Shown here piece after piece: positions 24,601 to 37,800 of a stretch of 64,000 nucleotides of DNA. How positions within the stretch are numbered: the stretch's first letter is position 1; each line of letters begins with the position of its first letter. This DNA is from Eledone cirrhosa (Eukaryota). Below the pieces are notes generated by a model. The model did no database searches. It saw nothing but the letters and a program-made list of their open reading frames with translations, and was not told the origin of the DNA. The stretch is from NCBI GenBank assembly GCA_964016885.1, contig OZ024740.1, forward strand, positions 434,248,001 through 434,312,000, written 5' to 3'. The position numbers and the translations under genes were made by a program.

Positions 24601-27600
24601 TATTTAACTAAACATATTAGTAAAACCATGGTATTGAAGAAACATTAAACGTTGCTATAAAAATATAATTATAAACTCAAACTTAAATTTAAATAGAAAT
24701 CATGGAAAGAAAAGAATAATGATACAGGATTGAATGGAAATATTGATGAAAGAAAAATGAATTATTTAATATTTCTGCTTCAATAGATAATAACGATAAT
24801 GTTATGTAATTAAGGCTTATTGAACTATTGATTATAGTTTCCTTCCTCATCAGTAAATCTTCGGCTTTTAGCAGCTTTTTATTTATTTATTTATTTCTAC
24901 CATTCTGTGTTAAATCAATTCTGGAAGGATTGGCAAGGTTCATGTTAGAGTAATCAGTTCTTCACAACTGAATTCAATATTTGCTGCTAACCCATTAAAT
25001 TATGAAGTAGAAATGGAAACTTTTTTTGTCAGGCCACTAAACTGAAGCAAGGAGTTATATACCTTGCACAGATGTACTCATTATAATAGTGTCTGAAGTA
25101 AGATAGAGATGTACACAATAATGACAGATGTACACATTATAATGACAGATGTACACAATAATAACAGATGTACACATTATAATGACAGATGTACATATTA
25201 TAATGACAGATGTACACATTATAATGACACATGTACACATTATAATGACAGATGTACACATTATAATGACAGATGTACACATTATAATGACAGATGTACA
25301 CATTATAATGACAGATGTACATATTATAATGACAGATGTACATATTATAGTGACAGATGTACACATTATAATGACATGTAAGATTTCTTCTCAAAACTGT
25401 CAGAAGTCCATCTTAATCTCACAGCTTCTCATTATTTAGTAAATGACTGACAAGTTTCAAAAAGCTGGTACAAGGCAATAGAAATATATAAAGGGCAAAA
25501 GATAAATAATACAAAACAAAGTAATGTTTTACCCAGTATATTTCAATATATTTCAGGGTTATTTCCCTCTTTTCAAATGGGAAACAGAAATGTTTTGTAT
25601 TAACTATACTACTTTATTCTCGGTGAATTGGCAGTATCGGTAGAGGGTCGGACGCCATGCTAGGGTGGTAGATTGGCAGTATCGGTAGAGGGTCGGACGC
25701 CATGCTAGGGTGGTAGATTGGCAGTATCGGTAGAGGGTCAGACGCCATGTTAGGGTGGTAGATTAGCAGTATCGGTAGAGGGTCGGACGCCATGTTAGGG
25801 TGGTGGATTGGCAATATCAGTAGAGGGTCGGACACCATGCTAGGGTGGTAGATTGGCAGTATTGGTAGAGGGTCGGACGCCATGTTAGGGTGGTGGATTG
25901 GCAATATCAGTAGAGGGTCGGACGCCATGCTAGGGTGGTAGATTGGCAGTATTGGTAGAGGGTCGGACGCCATGTTAGGGTGGTAGATTGGCAGTATCGG
26001 TAGAGAGTCAGACACCATGCTAGGGTGGTAGATTGGCAGTATCGGTAGAGGGTCGGACACCATGCTAGGGTGGTAGATTGGCAGTATCAGTAGAGGGTCA
26101 GACACCATGCTAGGGTGGTAGATTGGCAGTATCGGTAGAGGGTCGGACATCATGTTAGGGTGGTAGATTGGCAGTATCGGTAGAGGGTCGGACATCATGT
26201 TAGGGTGGTGGATTGGCAGTATCGGTAGAGGGTCAGACACCATGCTAGGGTGGTAGATTGGCAGTATCGGTAGAGCATCAGATAACATACAGCATATAGT
26301 TATCATCATCATCATTTTACGTCCGCTTTTCCCTGCTTGCAAGGGTGGGATGGGAACTGATTCTGGCTTGATTTCTACAGCTGGATGCCCTTCCTAATAC
26401 CAACCTCATTTACAGTGAGTGCTGGGTGCTTTTTTGCCGTGGCACCTACACGTCCACTTTACAGTGTGGGCTGGGTGCTTATTTTCCATGGCGCCTACAT
26501 GTCCACTTTACAGTGTGGGCTGGGTGCTTTTTTTGCCGTGGCACCTCCACGTCCACTTTGCAGTGGAATAATAGGGACCCCAGTCCTATCAGCTCTTACT
26601 ACAGCTGAATAAACTGGAGCAATGTGAAATAAAAGCCAATGCTCTAACCACTAAGCCATGTGCCTCCAAAGTTATAGCTTTTTAAATTCCAAGATCAAAT
26701 CCTACCAAAGTTAGCTTTGTCTTTCATCCTTACGGGGTTGATAAAATAAAGTACCAGTAATGCACAGGGGTCGATTAAATTGACTTTCCCCTTCCCTTCA
26801 AATTCCTGTCCTTGTACCAAAAAGTAGAAATAATCACTTATTTAATTATTTTGTTTCCATATTTCTCAAAATATTTTGTTTTCCTGTGTTGTAGGATTTG
26901 CCTCGTATGTTGTATTTAGTCAAAAAATGAATAACGAAGTCGGAGAATATATTGAACATCTACAGCTTAACTTTCATGTGGTTCCAATTATTGTAAGTTT
27001 CACTAATTTTAGTCATTTTGTCTTATTATTGGTTTTTAATTTAATAAGATGGTAGGGTGGAATTTGAGGGAGATTTGGTTATTATTGTGAAAGCTTCCTT
27101 TGTTTATATTCATCTGATGAGGTGGCCTTTTTGTTGTTTTTTCTAATTGTTGAGAGATGACCAACTTCTGTGCTGGTCACCCTTCACACCTTCCATGTTG
27201 ATGGACTCCAAATGTTTTCCTCTGCAAAATTTGGAGTCCATCCTGCCTGAAGGAGCTATGTGAAATAGATTGGCTGATGCAGTGAGTGTCACTGGCTCTT
27301 CATCAACATCATCGTTTAACGTCTGTCTTCCACGCTAGCATGGGTTTAGATGGGAATTGTCCCACTTGAGGCAAGATTGGTCGGGTGACCATGTCTCGCT
27401 CGTATAGGACTATCTGGCAGGTTTTCTACACCAACCACATTTACAGTGTAGACTGGGAGGTTTTTACCGTGTTACCTACACGGCCACATTACAGTGTGGA
27501 CTGTGTGTTTTTTTGTCATGGAATACCTTCACCATTTGTGGAGTACAGCTAAGATATACCACCTAAACTGTTGATGAAATTGATCCGACAATATTACTTG

Positions 27601-27712
27601 AACTCATCTTCATGCTCTTCCTATCACCAACCACTTTACAGAGAGTATTGAGTACACTTTATAATGGCTTCTACACTAGAAAGGTTGTTATATCCTTCAT
27701 ACAACTAAACAG

Positions 27713-27778
<66 letters not shown>

Positions 27779-30700
27779 GTGAGGGTTTTTTTACAAAATG
27801 AAAAATAACCGAGGTGTCCTACACGAGTGAAAGTATAAAGAAAAAGAGATGAAATCGAAAATGCAACTGGAGTCTTATTTTTTTTTAAATATATATATTT
27901 ATTTGGTTCCTTTACCGGTTTCGCAGTTCTTCTGCTTTTAAAAAGGTGAGTTGAGATGGAGGGTCTGTGGTTACCGTTTCTCATCTGTTCTTCCACGCTA
28001 GCATGGGTTAGACGGGTTGTCCTGTTGTGGGCAGTGTCCAGTCGACTGACCTCGTCTTGCTCATACGAGAACTGATTCTGGCTTGATTTCTTCAGCTGGA
28101 TGTCCTTCCTAACACCAACCTCATTTACTGTGTCGGTTGGGTGCTTTTTCCCCATGGCGCCTATATATATATAATATAGAACGTCTTATACAAAATCACA
28201 GAGGGGAAGGTTACTGTAAAAGCATCTCTCCCTAGGGACAAAACCTTTTATTTTGACTCCAGCTTCAAAGCCCAAAAGAAGGGATAACTCTTCAATAGAT
28301 TGATGTAGCCACCATTGATAGAGTGGCCTTCTCTTGAGAGGATTAATTCTGTAAGGTATAAGAAAGTGAAAAATGTATTCAGATCATCACCAGTTAACCC
28401 AGACAATGACCAGTCCCTCCTACTGACCCCGACAATGACCAGTCCCTTCTACTGACCCAGACAATGACCAGTCCCTCCTACTGACCCCCACAATGACCAG
28501 TCCCTTCTACTGACCCAGACAATGACCAGTCCCTTCTACTGACCTAGACAATAACCAGTCCCTCCTCACCCACCCAATGTCCAGTTATTCCAATATTGAC
28601 CCTGCTCTAATACTCTCTCTTTTCTTTGTTTTATAGATTATTGTTATTGGAACCTACTTCATAACCTCGCTCTTCTTCAGTGTCTACGACATGGCAGTAG
28701 ATACACTCTTTCTCTGTTTCTGTGAGTATCACATTAATTTATATGTTCTCAGTTCAAATCCCGCCGAGGTTAACTTTGCCTTTCATCCTTATGGGATCGA
28801 TAAAATAAAGTACCAGTAATACACTGGGGTAATTCCTGGCCTTGTGCCAAAAGTAGAAACAATTATTTTTTACATCTATGTAATTTGTCTGGAGGCACAT
28901 GGCTTAGTGGTTAGAGCATTGGCCTTGCAATCGAAAGGTTCTGGGTTCAATTCTCACACCGGGTGATGTGTTGTTTCCTTGAGCAAGACACTTTATTTCA
29001 CATTGCTCCAGTTTACTCAGCTGTAGAAATGAGATGATAGGGACTGGGGTCCCTATCATTCCACTGCAAAGTGGTCGTGGAGGTGCCACGGCAAAAAAGC
29101 ACCCAGCACTCACTGTAAATGAGGTTGGTGCTAGGAAGGGCATCCAGCTGTAGAAATCAAGCCAGAATCAGTTCCTGTCCCACCCTTGCAAGCAGGGAAA
29201 AGCGGACGTAAAATGAAATGATGATGATGATATATATATATATATAATTGTTTCTACTTTTGGCACAAGACCAGCAATTATCCCAGTGCATTACTGGTAC
29301 TTTATTTTATCGACCCCGTAAGGATGAAAGGCAAAATTAACCTCGGCGGGATTTGAACTCAGATCATAAAGGGAGGTAACTCTATGCTTCAAAGCATGGC
29401 GTCCGACCCTTTACCGATACTGCCAATCCAATATATAATGAGTATGTGTGTCTGTCTATGTGTCCTTCCTTGCCAGTGTTTACGGCAGTGCAGGGGTCTC
29501 GTTTGCCTTGAAAATGTGAGGGGGACAAAGCAACATTTGTTGATTCTTAAAGGAGCATGTTAGTATTGCTTAAGGGGCCTTTCCTGGACCCTATCACATA
29601 AGTAAAATTTTTACTCTAATTAAATTTTATATATTCAAATGAAGCTTAAAAAGAATTTATATCAAATAAACAAAAAATAAAACATTGACGTTTGAAAAAG
29701 TGGGGGGAGGGGGACTTGTCCCCTGGTACCCCCCTGAAACAGGCCCCTGTCTCAGTGTATATATATCTTGTAACTTAGTGGTTTAACTAAAAGAGATTGA
29801 TGAAATATGTACCACATTTGATACACACACACACACACACACACACACGTATATATATCATCATCATCATCATACGTCCATCTTCCACGCTTGCATGGGT
29901 CTGGACGGGAGTTTTCCCACTTGAGGCAAGATTGGTTGTCTTGCTCGCATAGGACTGTCTGGCAGGTTTTCTACAGCTGGATGCCCTTCCTAACACCAAC
30001 CACATTTACAGTGTGGGACTGGGAGGTTTTTACCGTGTTACCTACACGGCCACAACAGCGTGGACTGTGTGTTTTTTTGTTGTGACACCTACACGAGCTC
30101 ATTTGTTTCGGACTGGATGTTGTGGTACCAACATAACTTTACATTGAAAGGGGTGGTGTGGATGGGGTGGGGGTGGTGGGACGGGGGTGTATTTTGTTAG
30201 AGGTGCCTACTGACTGTAGTAGGTTTCACTTTGTACTTAGGTAAGGCGGGTCTTCTGTATTACTGTGTAGCGCCAAAGATCTCGGTCCAGTGACATTGTC
30301 TTGGAGAGGTGTAAGTGTGTGAGGTTGGAATTTATCAAGTCGTCCCAGGTTTTTCTGGGTCTGCCAACTCCGTGGCTACCGTCTATTTTTATTGCCCTGC
30401 ACTTTTTTATACAGCTGTCGTCTTTCTTGCGCATCACGTGACCATACCAACGTAGTCTTCTCTCGAGTAAACAACATCTGATTCCTCTTATTTCTAATTT
30501 TTCCCTTAGTTCGTTTATGCTTTGCCATTCACGTATATTACTATTACACATCCAGTGGAGCATGCAAGCTTCGTTCCTCTCCAGTCTGCGTATATCCTCT
30601 GCACACAATGCCCTGGTCTCACTGCCATGTAACATTGCTGTTCGTATGCAGGCATCATACAGCCTGCCTTTCATTTTTAGAGAGAACCCTTTAGCGGCTA

Positions 30701-31826
30701 ATAGTGGTATAAGCTCTCTGAACTTTTTCCATCCAGTTCTGACTCTAGCTACTGTACTTTCAGAGCACCCTCCACCACTGCTGATTTTGTCACCCAAGTA
30801 ATGGAACGTGTCCACTATTTCTATAGAACTATCTGTGCAATGGAATGAGCTAGTATTCCGTGGGCACTTGCTGCTACTTATTGCACCAGAGCACCGGCCA
30901 CATATAAAATCTATGTTCTTAGTTAGCTTACCTGTGATCCCACTACATCTTTTATGTACCCATACTTTGCATTTGGGACATAAAATGGAGTTTCTACCTA
31001 CTCCTTTCCTATACACTGAGCATGGCCATTTCCCAGATGGGACCGGTGCCCTATTTTCCTTCCTACAAACTAGAACTTTAGTCTTAGACAAGTTAACTTT
31101 AAGGCCTTTTGATTCTAGGCCATGCTTCCATGTTTGGAATTTCTTCTCTAGTTCAGCCATTGATTCAGCTATGAGCGTTAGATCATCTGTGTATAGGAGT
31201 TCCCATGGGCAGCCGGTCTTGAACTCCACTGTTATAGCCTGAAGGGCAATAATAAATAGTAGGGGGCTAAGAACGGAGCCCTGATGAACACCAACTTTTA
31301 CGCTAAACTCTTCACTATATTCGTTGTTAATTCTAACCTTGCTGACTGTTTCTTTGTACATGGCTTGTATAGCTCTCACAAGCCATTCATCAACACCTAG
31401 TTTTCTAAGAGCCCACCAGATAATGGAACGGGGGACTCTGTCAAAGGCTTTCTCCAAGTCGACAAAAGCTAAGTATAGGGGTTTACTTTTAGCTAGGTAC
31501 TTCTCCTGTAGTTGTCGTACAATGAAAAGAGCGTCTGTGGTACTTTTACCTGACACAAACCCGAACTGCATTTCATCTAGATAAATTCTCTCTCTGATTA
31601 GTTGCGCTATTACTTTTTCTGTGACCTTCATGACCTGGTCGATTAATTTAATGCCTCTATAGTTACCCCTATCTAGGGCATCTCCTTTACCCTTGTAGCA
31701 GTTAATGTTGATGCTGCTACGCCAGTCCTTCAGAACAACCTCATTCTGTATGACTTGGTTTACTATCCGGGTGACCATGGTGTGTCCCACCATTCCAGAA
31801 GCTTTCAGCATTTCAGCAACTATTTC

Positions 31827-31867
<41 letters not shown>

Positions 31868-34800
31868 AACGAGTAGGACCCCGACGGCTAAGCTCAAGCC
31901 GTTTCGACAGCTGAATTAGCCGTCGAAACGGCTTGAGCTCAGCCGTCGGGGTCCTACTCATTCCTATTACCCACTCTACTACCCTAAGTATTGAGTACTT
32001 TGGTGCGTTATGGTCCATCTGGTTCCTTACCACATTTTCTTCATTATATATATATATATATAAGAATCATTAAACTCAGACTACTCCTGATTAAAACAAT
32101 TACCACAATAATATCAGATTACGCACCCCAATCGGGGCTGCCAGACGAACTTAAGGATAGGTTTTACGAGTTCCTAATGCACACTACTGCTCTAACAGAC
32201 GACAAGGACTTCCTAATCATCGCAGGAGATTTTAACGGACACGTAGGTAAACACTGCGACGGCTTCAATAGAGTACATGGAGGCCATGGAGTTGGCACAA
32301 GGAATGAGGAAGGATTCAGGCTTCTAGAATTCTGCAACGCCAATGACATGTCGATATGTAACACAAACTTTAAAAAACCCGACAACCACCTGATCACCTA
32401 TAGATCAAGGGAGCACTCCAGTCAGATAGATTTTATCCTCATCAGAGGACGTGACAGATGGACGGTCGTAAACACAAAAGCCTTCCCTAGTGAGGAATGT
32501 ACATCCCAACATAGCTTAGTTGTCAGCGACCTCACAGTCAGAACTAGACGAACCTGGAAACAGGCCAACCTGGAGAAGAAAGATCTGGAAGCTGAAAGAC
32601 CCCTCAATCAGTAACAGATTTAAAGATATTTTACTCAACGCCTACGACAGTAAAGAAGAACAGATAGAGGCATTCAATGTAGGAGAGAACTGGGAGTTCC
32701 TAAAAAATAACTTACTAGAGGCGACGGATGAGGTCTGTGGCTGGAGTAAGACCTCAAGCAGGAGCAGAGTGACTTGGTGGTGGAACAATAAGGTAGATGA
32801 GGCAGTTAAGGCCAAGAGACAGGCATGGAAAGAATGGAAGAACGGGGGGAGCAGGGTACATTACATAGAGACCAAGAGGGAAGCTAGGCGACAAGTATAC
32901 TTAGCTAGGAGGGAAGCAGAGGATAGAAAATTCAAGCATGTTTTACAACGTGAGGACCAGAAACAGGAGGTATTCAAGATTGCGAGGCAGTGTGTCAGAG
33001 ATAGTTGTGATGTCATTGGAGAGAAGTGTATCCGGAATGATAAAGGTGAGCTTGCCCTCACAAGTGCTGAGAAGAAAGATGCATGGAAGAGTCATTATGA
33101 TAGATTACTAAATGAGGAGAATGCATGGGAAGAAGAGACCCTACCCCAAGTAGACCCTATAGAGGGGCCAGCAGTACAAGTCAGCAGCAACGTAGTAAGT
33201 AAGGCAATCAAAGATATGAAGATGGGGAAGGCAACCGGTCCATCGGGTATAGCTGCCGAGATGCTGAAGGCACCTGGGTCTGTAGGTCACACTATAACCA
33301 CACGTATTGTTAACCAGGTAATACTAGGTGTCATAGCAAAAGATTGGTGCAGTAGCATCATTGTCAACTGCTACAAAGGTAAAGGTGATGCACTAGATAG
33401 AGGAAACTATAGAGGTATAAAGCTGATGGACCAGGTCATGAAAGTAACAGAAAGAGTTATAGCACAGTTGATTAGGGACCGGGTGAAACTAGACGAGATG
33501 CAATTTGGGTTTGTACCAGGAAGAGGCACCACTGATGCCCTCTACCTTGTGAGGCAGTTACAGGAAAAGTACCTAGCTAAAAGTAAGCCACTCTACCTGG
33601 CATTTGTCGACCTTGAGAAAGCCTTTGACAGCTGTAATCTGGTGGGCTCTTAGAAAACTAGAAGTAGATGAATGGCTTGTGAAAGCGGTACAAGCCATGT
33701 ATAGGGGAGCAGTCAGCAAAGTTAGGATTAGCAATGAGTATAGCGAGGAATTTAGCGTACAGGTTGGGGTCCACCAGGGCTCTGTTCTTAGCCCCCTCCT
33801 GTTCATCATAGTGCTGCAGGCAATAACGGAGGAGTTTAAGACCGGATGCCCATGGGAACTCCTGTATGCTGATGACCTCGCACTCATAGCTGAATCTATG
33901 GTAGAACTAGCGAAGAAATTCCAAACTTGGAAGCAGGGACTAGAAAGAAAGGGTCTCAAAGTCAACATGACAAAGACTAAGGTCCTTGTAAGTAGATGAG
34001 AAAGCAGAACCCAGATCCCCTCAGGGAAATGGCCTTGCTGAGTATGTAGGAAAGGTGTAGGTAGGAACTCCATTCTCTGCCCCAAATGCAAACAATGGGT
34101 ACACAAGAGATGTAGTTGGATCTCAGGAAGCTTAATTAAGAATGTAGGCTTCACATGCAGCAGCTGTGCTAGGACAGCAAGCAGCAAACAGCCACAGGAA
34201 ACACGTACCACCAATCTCTGGGAGGGCCCTGTAGAAACAGTAGACAGCTTCTGCTACCTAGGTGACCTATTTAGCAGCGGAGGTGGGTGTTCAGAAAGTA
34301 CAATAACTAGGGTAAGAATAGGATGCAAAAGGCTTCTCCCTCAAAATGAAAGGCAGACTGTATGATGCGTGTATCCGAACAGCGATGTTGCATGGTAGTG
34401 AGACCTGGGTGTTGAAGGTGGAAGACTTATGTAGATTAGAGAGAAACGAAGCCTGCATGCTCCGATGGATGTGTAACAGTAATATACGCGAATGACAAAG
34501 CATAAATGAATTGAGAGAGAGACTGAGCATAAGAGGAATAAAATGCTGTGTGCAGGAGAGGCGGTTGCGCTGGTATGGACATGTGATGCGTATGAAGGAT
34601 GACAGCTGCATAAAAAAGTACAGAGCACTAGAAGTCGATGGAAACCGCGGAGTGGGGAGACCCAAGATGACCTGGGATGAGGTGATAAAAGCCGACCTTA
34701 CCCAATTACACCTCTCATGACCGTGACCTCTGGCGTCACACAGTAATACAGAGTACCCGACCTCCCATGGGTACAAGCTGAAGCATATAGACAATATGCC

Positions 34801-37800
34801 CCCACACCCCCCACTGCAAGGTGGTCGTGGAGGTGCCACGGTAAAGAAGCACCCAGCTCACACTGTAAAGTGGACGTGTAGGCGCTACGAAAAAGCACCC
34901 AGCACTCACTGTAAATGAGGTTGGTGTTAGGAAGGGCATCCAGCTGTAGAAATCAAGCCAAATCAGTTCCTGTATGAGCAAGGCATGGTCAGCTGACCAG
35001 ACACTGCCCACAACAGGACAACCCGTCTAACCCATGCTAGCGTGGAACAACGTACGTAAAACGGTGATAATAATGATGATGATGATATATATACTGGTGT
35101 GAATATGATCAACTAAATCTCTTTAAGGATGGCTCAGCATGGCTACTGTCTAATGACTGGAACTAGTAAAATAATATATCACCACCACCATCATCACCAC
35201 CACCATCACCACCACCACAACCATCACCACCACCACAACCATCACCACCACCATCATCACCACCACCATCATCACCACCATCACCACCACCATCACCACC
35301 ACCACCCCATCACCACCATCTTCATCATCACCACACCCCTGCAAAAACAATGTCTTAAGAGTATCACACTTAGGATAAAGGAGAAGAGGTTTTGGTGTTT
35401 CGGACATAAGTCCTTCTTCAGGAAATTTTTATTTTTATCTTCACTTATCTCTGTATATCTTTTTTGTGTCTCAACAGTAAGAAGTACTCAATACCTTCCC
35501 CGCTAGTCTATCATGTCTTACTAGCTCTATACAGACGTCTATTGTTTCTCAACAGTAAGAAGTACTCAATACCTTCCCCCCTAGTCTATCATGTCTTACT
35601 AGCTCTATACAGACGGCTATTGTTTCTCAACAGTAAGAAGTACTCAATACCTTCCCCCCTAGTCTATCATGTCTTACTAGCTCTATACAGACGTCTATTG
35701 TTTCTCAACAGTAAGAAGTACTCAATACCTTCCCCCTAGTCTATCATGTCTTACTAGCTCTATACAGACGTCTATTGTGTCTCAACAGTAAGAAGTACTC
35801 AATACCTTCCCCCCTAGTCTGTCATGTCTTACTAGCTCTATACAGACGTCTATTGTCTCAACAGTAAGAAGTACTCAATACCTTCCCCCCTAGTCTATCA
35901 TGTCTTACTAGCTCTATACAGACGTCTATTGTCTCAACAGTAAGAAGTACTCAATACCTTCCCCCCTAGTCTATCATGTCTTACTAGCTCTATACAGACG
36001 TCTATTGTTTCTCAATAGTAAGAAGTACTCAATACCTTCTCCCCTAGTCTATCATGTCTTACTAGCTCTATACAGACGTCTATTGTGTCTCAACAGTAAG
36101 AAGTACTCAATACCTTCCCCCCTAGTCTATCATGTCTTACTAGCTCTATACAGACGTCTATTTTTTCTCAATAGTAAGAAGTACTCAATACCTTCCCCCC
36201 TAGTCTATCATGTCTTACTAGCTCTATCCAGACGTCTATTGTGTCTCAACAGTAAGAAGTACTCAATACCTTCCCCCCTAGTCTATCATGTCTTACTAGC
36301 TCTATCCAGACGTCTATTGTGTCTCAACAGTAAGAAGTACTCAATACCTTCCCCCCTAGTCTGTCATGTCTTACTAGCTCTATACAGACGTCTATTGTGT
36401 CTCAATAGTAAGAAGTACTCAATACCTTCTCTCCTAGTCTATCATGTCTTACTAGCTCTATACAGACGTCTATTGTTTCTCAACAGTAAGAAGTACTCAA
36501 TACCTTCCCCCCTAGTCTGTCATGTCTTACTAGCTCTATACAGACGTCTATTGTTTCTCAACAGTAAGAAGTACTCAATACCTTCCCCCCTAGTCTATCA
36601 TGTCTTACTAGCTCTATACAGACGTCTATTGTTTCTCAACAGTAAGAAGTACTCAATACCTTCTCCCCTAGTCTATCATGTCTTACTAGCTCTATACAGA
36701 CGTCTATTGTGTCTCAACAGTAAGAAGTACTCAATACCTTCCCCCCTAGTCTATCATGTCTTACTAGCTCTATACAGACGTCTATTGTTTCTCAATAGTA
36801 AAAAGTACTCAATACCTTCTCCCCTAGTCTATCATGTCTTACTAGCTCTATACAGACGTCTATTGTTTCTCAACAGTAAGAAGTACTCAATACCTTCTCC
36901 CCTAGTCTATCATGTCTTACTAGCTCTATACAGACGTCTATTGTTTCTCAATAGTAAAAAGTACTCAATACCTTCTCCCCTAGTCTATCATGTCTTACTA
37001 GCTCTATACAGACGTCTATTGTTTCTCAACAGTAAGAAGTACTCAATACCTTCTCCCCTAGTCTATCATGTCTTACTAGCTCTATACAGACGTCTATTGT
37101 TTCTCAATAGTAAAAAGTACTCAATACCTTCTCCCCTAGTCTATCATGTCTTACTAGCTCTATACAGACGTCTATTGTTTCTCAACAGTAAGAAGTACTC
37201 AATACCTTCTCCCCTAGTCTATCATGTCTTACTAGCTCTATACAGACGTCTATTGTTTCTCAATAGTAAAAAGTACTCAATACCTTCTCCCCTAGTCTAT
37301 CATGTCTTACTAGCTCTATACAGACGTCTATTGTTTCTCAACAGTAAGAAGTACTCAATACCTTCTCCCCTAGTCTATCATGTCTTACTAGCTCTATACA
37401 GACGTCTATTGTTTCTCAATAGTAAAAAGTACTCAATACCTTCCCCCCTAGTCTATCATGTCTTACTAGCTCTATACAGACGTCTATTGTTTCTCAACAG
37501 TAAGAAGTACTCAATACCTTCCCCCCTAGTGCCATGTCTTACTAGCTCTATACAGACGTCTATTGTTTCTCAACAGTAAGAAGTACTCAATACCTTCCCC
37601 CCTAGTCTGTCATGTCTTACTAGCTCTATACAGACGTCTATTGTGTCTCAACAGTAAGAAGTACTCAATACCTTCTCCCCTAGTCTATCATGTCTTACTA
37701 GCTCTATACAGACGTCTATTGTTTCTCAACAGTAAGAAGTACTCAATACCTTCCCCTCTAGTCTGTCATGTCTTACTATCTCTATACAGACGTCTATTGT

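Noticed and set aside
25614-26342. 242-aa Pro-rich ORF
   Set aside because: Translation of the 45-bp SINE-head array
27113-27135. CTGATGAG hammerhead-like box
   Set aside because: No stem II followed by GAAA
28891-28965. tRNA gene
   Set aside because: A and B boxes are present but it continues into a SINE body and LINE tail; no clean acceptor stem
31988-32000. 13-nt match (gtattgagtactt) to the reverse complement of the 78-bp satellite unit
   Set aside because: Too short to establish common origin without a genome-wide search
31831-32033. N-terminal extension of the 598-aa ORF suggesting a complete RT gene
   Set aside because: It reads through (TA)n and the palindrome; the LINE is 5'-truncated, lacks the endonuclease and has YTDD
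35129-35506. Poly-His ORF
   Set aside because: (CAC)n microsatellite
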